From Bacteroidales bacterium (GTDB taxonomy: Bacteria; Bacteroidota; Bacteroidia; Bacteroidales; UBA7960), in assembly GCA_041687035.1 (NCBI GenBank), contig JAWLCS010000008.1, forward strand, positions 12,605 to 76,604: 64,000 bases of DNA. Reading direction: 5' to 3'. The notes below the pieces were generated by a model. The model made no database searches, was not told the DNA's origin, and was given only the letters and a program-made list of their open reading frames with translations. Each line of letters opens with the position of its first letter. Within the stretch, counting starts at the first letter, position 1. Positions 10,041 through 16,835 of this stretch are shown in pieces. A program made the position numbers and the translations under genes.

Positions 10041-12062
10041 ATGAGAAAGCTTCTTTTCTTTTCAATCTTGTGTTTTGGGGTCCTTTGGGTCGCCCAGGCG
10101 CAAAAACAGATGATGATTCCCGAAACACTTTGGGAGTTTGGCCGTGTGAGCGATGCGCAGGTTTCGCCCGATGGCACCATGGTGCTTTATGGAGTAACTA
10201 CTTACAACGTTGAGGAAAACCGCGGGACCCGTGACCTTTTCTTAGTGCCTGTTGCCGGTGGCCAGCCACGCAACCTGACCAACTCCACCACAAGCGAGTC
10301 GAACGCGGTTTGGCGTCCCGATGGCAAAAAGATCGGTTTTATGCGCGGCGGGCAAATTTGGGAAATAGACCCCGATGGCAGCAACCAGGTGAAAATTACT
10401 GATATTTCGGGCGGCGTCACAGGCTTTGGCTACTCGCCCGATATGAAGCACATCCATTTCACTAAAAGAGTGCGCGTTATTCCAACAGTGAATGACTTGC
10501 ACTCCGACCTTCCCATGGCCAATGCCATGATTTATAACGACCTGATGTATCGCCACTGGGATCAATGGAAAGACGGTACCTTCAGCCATGTGTTCGTGGC
10601 GCCTTATCTCGATGGCTTCATTGGCCGCCATATTGATATCATGGAACGTGAGCCATATGATTCGCCGGTGCCTCCTTTTGGTGGCAACTCTGAAATTACC
10701 TGGAGCCCCGATGGCCGCTTCCTGGTGTATACTTCCAAAAAGAAATTTGGCAAGGAATATGCCGTGAGCACCAACTCCAACCTTTATCTGTACGACCTGC
10801 AGACTGGCGAAACCCTAGACCTGACGCCCTTTAACCATGGGTATGACAAGAACCCGTCCATTTCGCCCAACGGCCGCTGGCTGGCTTGGGAAAGCATGGA
10901 GCGCGACGGATTTGAAGCCGATAAAACGCGCATCATGATTATGGACCTGGAGAATGGAACCCACCGCGATTATTCCGAAGGTTTCGACCAGAGCAGCAGC
11001 GATTTAACTTGGTCGGCCGACAGCCGCAAGTTGTATTTCATAAGCGGACAGCATGCCACCTACCAGATCTATTCACTCGAGCTGGCCAATCGCAGAATCA
11101 GCAAGATCACCGAAGGGATGCACAACTACCAGTCGGTGGCTGTGGCAGGCAGCTACCTGATTGGTCAGCGGGTAAGCATGTCGGTACCCACAGAAATTTA
11201 TCGAATTGAAGAAACCCGCCGTGGCACAGTGCAGCAGCAGCTAACCTTTGCGAATGCGGAGTTGCTGGAGCGCACTGCTCTTGGCCGCGTGGAAGAACGC
11301 TGGATCAAGACCAGTGACAACAAGGATATGCATACCTGGGTGATCTATCCGCCCGACTTTGACCCCAACAAAAAATATCCTGCCCTGCTGTTCTGTGGTG
11401 GTGGACCGCAAAATGCCATCAGCCAAGGATATTCCTTTAGATGGAACTTCCAGCTTATGGCTTCAATGGGTTATATTGTGGTGGCGCCCAACCGCAGGGG
11501 CGTGCCCACTTTCGGGCAGGAATGGAACGACCAGATCAGCCAGGATTATGGCGGGCAGAACAAGCTCGACCTGCTCAGCGCCATCGACGCCATTGCAGCC
11601 GAACCTTATGTGGACGAGAAACGTCTTGGAGCAGTCGGGGCCAGCTATGGCGGGTTCTCTGTGTTCTGGCTGGCAGGCAACCACCAGAAGCGCTTCAGCG
11701 CATTTGTGGCCCATTGCGGCATGTTCAACTTCGAAAGCTGGTATGGCACCACCGAAGAAATGTTCTTTGCCAACTGGGATATGGGTGGCGCCTACTGGGA
11801 AAATCCACGCCCACGCAACTACGACTTCTCACCCCACCTTTTTGTTGGCAACTGGGACGCTCCCATTCTGGTCGTTCACGGACTCAAGGATTTTCGAGTG
11901 CCATACGGACAAGGCATGGAAGCCTTTAATGCAGCCCAACTACAGGGTATTCCAAGCCGTTTCATGGTGTTCCCGGAAGAAAATCACTGGGTGCTCAGCC
12001 CGCAAAACAGCATTCTGTGGCAGCGCGAGTTCTTCAAATGGCTCGATGAGTACCTGAAGTAG
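10041..12062 (+). CDS. Exported S9 family serine peptidase (beta-propeller plus alpha/beta-hydrolase)
   Basis: 673 aa with a signal peptide. Repeated WSPDG/SPDG propeller motifs. Nucleophile elbow GASYGGF. C-terminal HGLKDFRVP and ENHW catalytic-triad contexts. Confidence 0.85.
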   Translation: MRKLLFFSILCFGVLWVAQAQKQMMIPETLWEFGRVSDAQVSPDGTMVLYGVTTYNVEENRGTRDLFLVPVAGGQPRNLTNSTTSESNAVWRPDGKKIGFMRGGQIWEIDPDGSNQVKITDISGGVTGFGYSPDMKHIHFTKRVRVIPTVNDLHSDLPMANAMIYNDLMYRHWDQWKDGTFSHVFVAPYLDGFIGRHIDIMEREPYDSPVPPFGGNSEITWSPDGRFLVYTSKKKFGKEYAVSTNSNLYLYDLQTGETLDLTPFNHGYDKNPSISPNGRWLAWESMERDGFEADKTRIMIMDLENGTHRDYSEGFDQSSSDLTWSADSRKLYFISGQHATYQIYSLELANRRISKITEGMHNYQSVAVAGSYLIGQRVSMSVPTEIYRIEETRRGTVQQQLTFANAELLERTALGRVEERWIKTSDNKDMHTWVIYPPDFDPNKKYPALLFCGGGPQNAISQGYSFRWNFQLMASMGYIVVAPNRRGVPTFGQEWNDQISQDYGGQNKLDLLSAIDAIAAEPYVDEKRLGAVGASYGGFSVFWLAGNHQKRFSAFVAHCGMFNFESWYGTTEEMFFANWDMGGAYWENPRPRNYDFSPHLFVGNWDAPILVVHGLKDFRVPYGQGMEAFNAAQLQGIPSRFMVFPEENHWVLSPQNSILWQREFFKWLDEYLK

Positions 12063-12473
12063 TCAGGGCTTTTTCCGAAACTGCTTTTTTTCAGACTGGA
12101 GGCGTTTTGCTTCCAGTCTTTTTTTTCGGGCAGCAAGGGTGGGGCGCGTAGGAACACGCCTTTTCTCCACAGCCAGGGCTTTTTGAATTAATTCATAGAA
12201 TTTTTTGATGCAATCTTCCTTATTGCGGATTTGCGAACGGGTGCTTTCTGAGGTGATGATCAGCTCGCCATCGGCATTTATGCGCTTTTTCAGCTTCCGC
12301 TGAAGGCGTTCCCTTTCATCGTTGGTAAGAAGTGTTGAAGATTCGATGTTGAAGAAAAGCTCCACCCGGCTCTCGGTCTTGTTTAGATGCTGCCCGCCCG
12401 GCCCGCTGCTGCGCGAGGTCTGAAACCGGAACTCCGGATAAAAATTGCGTTCTGGTATTGGAGGGAGGGGCAT
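12063..12473 (-). CDS. arfB: Alternative ribosome-rescue factor ArfB (peptidyl-tRNA hydrolase, GGQ class)
   Basis: GGQ motif SSGPGGQHLNKTESRVEL and a basic C-terminal tail (RPTLAARKKRLEAKRLQSEKKQFRKKP). The ORF-track start at 12512 is a TTG, so I prefer the ATG at 12473 (MPLPPIPERN), giving about 136 aa. Its stop codon directly abuts the S9 peptidase stop. Confidence 0.85.
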   Translation of the reverse strand: MPLPPIPERNFYPEFRFQTSRSSGPGGQHLNKTESRVELFFNIESSTLLTNDERERLQRKLKKRINADGELIITSESTRSQIRNKEDCIKKFYELIQKALAVEKRRVPTRPTLAARKKRLEAKRLQSEKKQFRKKP

Positions 12474-12626
12474 GTGTAAAACTCTTTTTGTACTTGAGAA
12501 ATTGTAACTCAAATTTAGTTGTTTCTATTTATTTTGGCTTTTTTATGGGTAATTATGTTACACCTCTGTCTATAGATTAGAATAAAATATTGGAAAACAT
12601 TTTTTAAATCAAGGATTTTATTATCT

Positions 12627-12886
12627 GCCCTTTCAGGGCGAAATGAATCACCTGTATTCAAAACCCAAGGCGATGCCATTGGGTTGAATTAATCCGGCCC
12701 TTCAGGCCGCCATGGCCTTTGTTTGAAAAAATACGATTATTTTTTTCTTGGGACGCGATTCCGAGCAAAATTTTTCGTGGTTTTCTGTCTGTCATCGTCC
12801 CGAAGGGACAGCTTATTTCAGCCCATGACAGAGCGAAGCGGCGTCATGGGTTAAATGTACCATTGACAAATTCGGGCTGTAAGCCC
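12627..12886. repeat. Hairpin-cluster repeat, copy A
   Basis: A string of short GC-stem hairpins: GCCCTTTCAGGGC, AACCCAAGGCGATGCCATTGGGTT, CGGCCCTTCAGGCCG, GTCCCGAAGGGAC, CCCATGAC-N13-GTCATGGG and GGGCTGTAAGCCC. A 58-nt block at 12793-12850 is about 84 percent identical to 21201-21258 by hand alignment. Confidence 0.7.
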
Positions 12887-12970
12887 AGATTAATAGTGCC
12901 CGGAGTCTTGATAGAATGTTGTTACAAGCCAATGTTTAATATTTCGGTAAATTTGTTTCTCTTTAAGTGA

Positions 12971-13858
12971 TTGAACTTGAAAAAGAAAAGAAATAACAAT
13001 GCCCCCAAAAGCTGGCTGCTGGCTGCCCTGGCCGTTTTATTGGCTGTGCTGTTCATTTTCTCCAGGGGCGAGCGTGCGGCCCGAAGGGCAAAAATTTTCG
13101 GCCAGCTCCAGGTTGAAACCCAGCAAACTTCGATAATAACCGAAACCCAAGAAGCTATGGAACCCCAATCACAAACACACCCCGAACCCATTGCAATTGA
13201 ACTGCTGATGGGGAAGGTTGACCCCGCATCCGACCTTCAATTTGTGGCAATTGAGGCAAAGTATGCCAACCGGTCGGGCATGTTTATGCACAAGGAGGCT
13301 TATGAAGCTTTTGTAAAAATGCATGAAGCAGCGCGTGCCGATGGGGTGAACCTGGTCATTGTTTCGGCCATGCGTACCTTTAATCACCAGCGCCGCATCT
13401 GGAACGACAAATGGAACGGCCGGCAAATGCTCGAAGGTAACATTTATGCCACCAGCATTACTGATCCTGTTGAGCGCGCCCGCGAAATATTGCGTTTCAG
13501 CGCCATGCCAGGTACCTCGCGCCACCACTGGGGCACCGACATTGATCTGAACAGCCTGGTAAACAGCTACTTTGAGTCAGGACAGGGAAAAAGGGTTTAT
13601 GAATGGCTGCAGGAAAATGCGCACAATTTCGGGTTCTGCCAGCCCTATACTGCCCAAGGTAATAACCGCCAGGGAGGATATGAAGAAGAAAAATGGCATT
13701 GGTCGTACAAACCGGTTTCAGAAAAATACCTTCAGGCCTTTGAGCAATCTTTGGGTTATGAGCAGATCACCGGTTTTGATGGCTGGGAAACCGCCAAACA
13801 AATTGAGGTTATTGAAAGGTATGTGCATGAAATTAATCAGGAATGCAAAAAAGAATAG
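12971..13858 (+). CDS. M15B (VanY-type) D-alanyl-D-alanine carboxypeptidase family protein
   Basis: 295 aa with an N-terminal membrane anchor (WLLAALAVLLAVLFIF). Zinc-site contexts SAMRTFNHQRRIW and PGTSRHHWGTDIDL are typical of VanY/M15B. The start is a TTG and remains uncertain. Confidence 0.75.
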   Translation: MNLKKKRNNNAPKSWLLAALAVLLAVLFIFSRGERAARRAKIFGQLQVETQQTSIITETQEAMEPQSQTHPEPIAIELLMGKVDPASDLQFVAIEAKYANRSGMFMHKEAYEAFVKMHEAARADGVNLVIVSAMRTFNHQRRIWNDKWNGRQMLEGNIYATSITDPVERAREILRFSAMPGTSRHHWGTDIDLNSLVNSYFESGQGKRVYEWLQENAHNFGFCQPYTAQGNNRQGGYEEEKWHWSYKPVSEKYLQAFEQSLGYEQITGFDGWETAKQIEVIERYVHEINQECKKE

Positions 13859-13911
13859 AAAGTTCCCAAATTGAGAACTTTTTGCTAAATTTGTAAATCT
13901 ATTCACTTAGA

Positions 13912-14208
13912 ATGGAAAGGATTTTTTCGAAGAGTACTTTACGAAGTTTTTTGGGGAAACATCCTGAATCAGAACAATATCTGAAAACATGGTATGATAC
14001 CGCAATGAACTCTGATTGGAAAAACCCGACTGACATTAAAAATGCTTATGCAACGGCCAGTATCTTAAAAAATTCACGGGTGGTTTTTAATATCAAGGGA
14101 AATACCTTCAGACTGGTCGTGAAGTTCAATTTTGAGAAGCAATGGGCCTTTGTTCGTTTTATTGGGACCCATGCTGAATATGATAAAATTGATGCAAACC
14201 TAATTTGA
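13912..14208 (+). CDS. higB: Type II toxin HigB (mRNA interferase)
   Basis: 98 aa. The pattern TWYDTAMNSDWKNPTDIKNAY...VVFNIKGNTFRLVVKFNFEKQWAFVRFIGTHAEYDKI is typical of the HigB_toxin family. The toxin-first gene order is as expected for higBA. Confidence 0.8.
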   Translation: MERIFSKSTLRSFLGKHPESEQYLKTWYDTAMNSDWKNPTDIKNAYATASILKNSRVVFNIKGNTFRLVVKFNFEKQWAFVRFIGTHAEYDKIDANLI

Positions 14209-14220
14209 TCAATTAAAACC

Positions 14221-14634
14221 ATGGACATAAAACTTATTAAGAATAAAGCTGACTATGAAAAGGCATTGAAAAGACTGGAGATCCTTTTTGATGCGCCTAT
14301 TGGTACCCCTGGAAGCGATGAGGCAGATGTATTGGCTTTACTTATCGACGAATACGAAAAGAAACATTTCCCGATTGAAGCCCCTGACCCAATTGCAGCA
14401 ATCAAAATCAGAATGGAAGAGTTAAATCTGAAACAGAGCGATCTGATCAATGAGATAGGAGGAAAGAGCAGGGTTTCTGAGATTTTGAACCGCAAAAGAA
14501 AATTGACTGTTGAAATGATCAGAAAACTGACTTCAAGGCTAAATTTATCAGCCAGTATTCTTGTAAAAGATTATGCTCTAAATACTGGCTCGTCTATTGT
14601 TTCCGATCAGGGGGAAGATCATTCAGGTAGTTAA
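14221..14634 (+). CDS. higA: HigA-type antitoxin with XRE-family helix-turn-helix
   Basis: 137 aa, starting 12 nt after higB. The N-terminal part DYEKALKRLEILFDAP...DEADVLALLIDEYE is followed by an HTH (LKQSDLINEIGGKSRVSEILNRKRKLTVEMIRKL). The last 41 nt overlap the convergent mobA 3' end. Confidence 0.75.
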   Translation: MDIKLIKNKADYEKALKRLEILFDAPIGTPGSDEADVLALLIDEYEKKHFPIEAPDPIAAIKIRMEELNLKQSDLINEIGGKSRVSEILNRKRKLTVEMIRKLTSRLNLSASILVKDYALNTGSSIVSDQGEDHSGS

Positions 14635-15187
14635 TGTTGTAAAACATTTCCTTGTGATAGAATGGTTGGGTACTTAGTTCAGGATAGCTTACATTCAGCA
14701 ATTCGAGCATTTCAAGAATCTTGTATTTTTTTTCGGAAATGGCCTGCTCTACAAGGGGCAGGCTATCTTTTTTCAAGGCCATGCAAAGCGTTTCGCGGAA
14801 GCCATTATGCACGGCCACGGCAGCATGTTTTCTGCCGATATTTTCCAGCAAAAACGAAAAGACTTTGCTGTCCACAAAAGGCATATCGCAACCCAGGAAA
14901 AGAACTATCTGGCCACTGGCATTAAAAAGCCCGCTGTGCATGCCGCCAATGGGGCCGCAGCCGGCATGGATGTCTGCGATTGTTTTTTGACCCGTGAAAC
15001 CGTATGCATCGGGATTATTGGTGCTGATCAGTATTTCACTGCAAATGGGCTTCAGGATATCGATGGCATGCTCCACCAAAGCCTTTCCCCGGAAGGGAAA
15101 CAAACCCTTATCCTGCCCGAATCGGCTGCTTTTACCCCCGGCCAGGACAACTCCTGAAATTTGATCTTTGGCCCTGTTGAAAGCCAT
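14594..15187 (-). CDS. mobA: Molybdenum cofactor guanylyltransferase MobA
   Basis: 197 aa. The N-terminal GVVLAGGKSSRFGQDKGL matches the MobA nucleotide-binding signature. It lies 31 nt downstream of the DmsC-like gene on the same strand. Confidence 0.8.
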   Translation of the reverse strand: MAFNRAKDQISGVVLAGGKSSRFGQDKGLFPFRGKALVEHAIDILKPICSEILISTNNPDAYGFTGQKTIADIHAGCGPIGGMHSGLFNASGQIVLFLGCDMPFVDSKVFSFLLENIGRKHAAVAVHNGFRETLCMALKKDSLPLVEQAISEKKYKILEMLELLNVSYPELSTQPFYHKEMFYNINYLNDLPPDRKQ

Positions 15188-15218
15188 TTTTATTTTTTAA
15201 TTTTTCGTTTAACCAATT

Positions 15219-16088
15219 TTAGATCCCAACCCTGTAATACGAAGCATAAAAGATATACCGTCCGCAAACCTCAGAGAGAAAGAGCAGTAAAAAGGCCAGG
15301 TAGGCCCATGAGGGTGCCCCGCGGGAGGTCATGGCAATGAACCCGGGATACCACCATGCCAGCAGCGAAAAGCCCAGCATCAGAAACAGCAGACGGGCAG
15401 CCTTCCAGGCAAAGGGAATGATTGGAGCAGGAAAGGAGGAAGCCAGGCCTTCATTGGCAGCCGTGGGCAGTAGGGCGGTGAGGAGGTGTATGAAAATTCC
15501 AAGGGCCATAAGGTAAAAAAGGAGGGTAATGACCTGCTGTACCCTGGAAATTTCAATGCCTTTTCCGTGAAGGAAAACCACAGCGATCAGTATGGCTCCG
15601 CTCCCCAGCAAAAGCCCGCTGTTGAAAAACTTCAGGATAGTCAGCGGAGTGTTCCAGGCAGGCACAGTGGGTATCATGTAAAGCCTGGCCATGACCCACA
15701 CCAGCAGAATTCCCGTGAAAAGAGCAGCCAGGTAAAGAACATTGAACGAAGCAGGGGAGGGAAGCCCAAAACGAACCGATGTCCAGGCTACGGCAAGCGA
15801 AAAAAGGAACAGCGACACCAGCAGGATCTCGCGACTCAGGAATGAACTGCCCATATTGCCCAAAGCATATACCGAATGCAGCGGTTTTGCCAGGTGCAGA
15901 AACGAAAGCACCAGGGCCGCGCCCATACAGGCCATGGCAATGAAGATAACCAAACGCTTCAATTCTGTATTAGAAGTGAGTTCCTGGTTTCTCAAAAAAA
16001 GAAAAATTACCAGTCCGGACAGAATTATGCCCATGCTAAGCTGCGAGAGCAGGGTGAAAAATACAAGGGGCCATTCGTTGCTGTTCAT
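15219..16088 (-). CDS. DmsC-family membrane anchor subunit of a molybdopterin oxidoreductase
   Basis: 289 aa and almost entirely hydrophobic (about 8 helices). Its start codon directly abuts the stop of the 4Fe-4S subunit gene. Confidence 0.7.
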   Translation of the reverse strand: MNSNEWPLVFFTLLSQLSMGIILSGLVIFLFLRNQELTSNTELKRLVIFIAMACMGAALVLSFLHLAKPLHSVYALGNMGSSFLSREILLVSLFLFSLAVAWTSVRFGLPSPASFNVLYLAALFTGILLVWVMARLYMIPTVPAWNTPLTILKFFNSGLLLGSGAILIAVVFLHGKGIEISRVQQVITLLFYLMALGIFIHLLTALLPTAANEGLASSFPAPIIPFAWKAARLLFLMLGFSLLAWWYPGFIAMTSRGAPSWAYLAFLLLFLSEVCGRYIFYASYYRVGI

Positions 16089-16706
16089 TTATCGTACCTC
16101 CTCAATATTTGCAATGTGTGGTGAATGCTTTTCAGCTTTTATGGTTCCGGGGTGCGGCTTCACGACCAGAGCTGGGTCGGTAAAGGTTTTCTGTGGGAGC
16201 GGGAACACTTCATTTTGGCTTCCGTGGCGCTTGCGGAGTTCTTCCATGTCGCCGAAATCGATCACGCGCATGGGACAGGCGGCCACACAGGCGGGCTGTT
16301 TGCCTTGCTCAAGATAATCGATGCAGAAGTTGCATTTGGTCATTACCTTGCGTTCGTTGTCGAACTGCAGCGCGCCGTAGGGACAGGTCCATTCGCAAAA
16401 TTTGCAGCCCATGCATTTACTGGCATCGATCAGCACCACGCCCATTTCATTTTTGGTGATGGCCTTGTTGGGGCAGGAGTGAAGGCAAATGGGGTCCTGA
16501 CAATGGTTGCAGGCCATCGACACGTGCCACGAGAAGATTTCGGGCACCCAGGCCGGTCCCTGCTGCACCCACTCGCCGCCGCTCACCTCGTACACCCTGC
16601 GCCAGCGAACGCCCATGGGCGAGTCGTTCTTATCCTTGCACGCCACCTGGCAGGTCTTGCAACCCGAACAAGCCGACGCATCAAAAAAGAAACCCAGTTG
16701 TGCCAT
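16089..16706 (-). CDS. DmsB-type four-cluster 4Fe-4S electron-transfer subunit
   Basis: 205 aa with four ferredoxin-type Cys groups: CSGCKTCQVACKD, CNHCQDPICLHSCP, CMGCKFCEWTCPYG and CNFC...CVAACP. Confidence 0.9.
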   Translation of the reverse strand: MAQLGFFFDASACSGCKTCQVACKDKNDSPMGVRWRRVYEVSGGEWVQQGPAWVPEIFSWHVSMACNHCQDPICLHSCPNKAITKNEMGVVLIDASKCMGCKFCEWTCPYGALQFDNERKVMTKCNFCIDYLEQGKQPACVAACPMRVIDFGDMEELRKRHGSQNEVFPLPQKTFTDPALVVKPHPGTIKAEKHSPHIANIEEVR

Positions 16707-16710
16707 GATA

Positions 16711-16734
16711 ATTGTTAATTGTCAATTGTTAATT
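16711..16734. repeat. Three and a half copies of a heptamer ATTGT(T/C)A immediately upstream of the dmsB-like start
   Basis: ATTGTTA ATTGTCA ATTGTTA ATT, ending 4 nt from the dmsB-like start codon (minus strand). Confidence 0.7.
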
Positions 16735-16740
16735 TTTTAC

Positions 16741-16835
16741 CAATCTACTATTTACAAATCCACAAATACACCAATCCACAAATCCACCAATCCACTATTC
16801 CACTAATCCACATATCTACCATTTCACCAATCAAC
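16741..16835. repeat. Tandem octamer array (about 12 units, consensus nAATCCAC on plus, GTGGATTn on the coding strand) in the dmsA-dmsB spacer
   Basis: The units read caatctac, tatttac, aaatccac, aaatacac, caatccac, aaatccac, caatccac, tattccac, taatccac, atatctac, catttcac, caatcaac. The last unit overlaps the dmsA-like stop codon. Confidence 0.8.

Noticed and set aside
11359-12057. 232-aa same-strand alternative-frame ORF inside the S9 peptidase gene (and 11441-11929)
   Set aside because: The main frame carries the GASYGG nucleophile elbow and catalytic-triad contexts. The alternative frames are Arg/Ser/Trp/Cys-rich nonsense.
16741-16835. Possibility that the octamer array is a CRISPR array
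   Set aside because: The units are 8 nt with no spacers, there is no cas gene in the window, and the array sits inside an operon. It is a microsatellite-like tandem repeat, not CRISPR.
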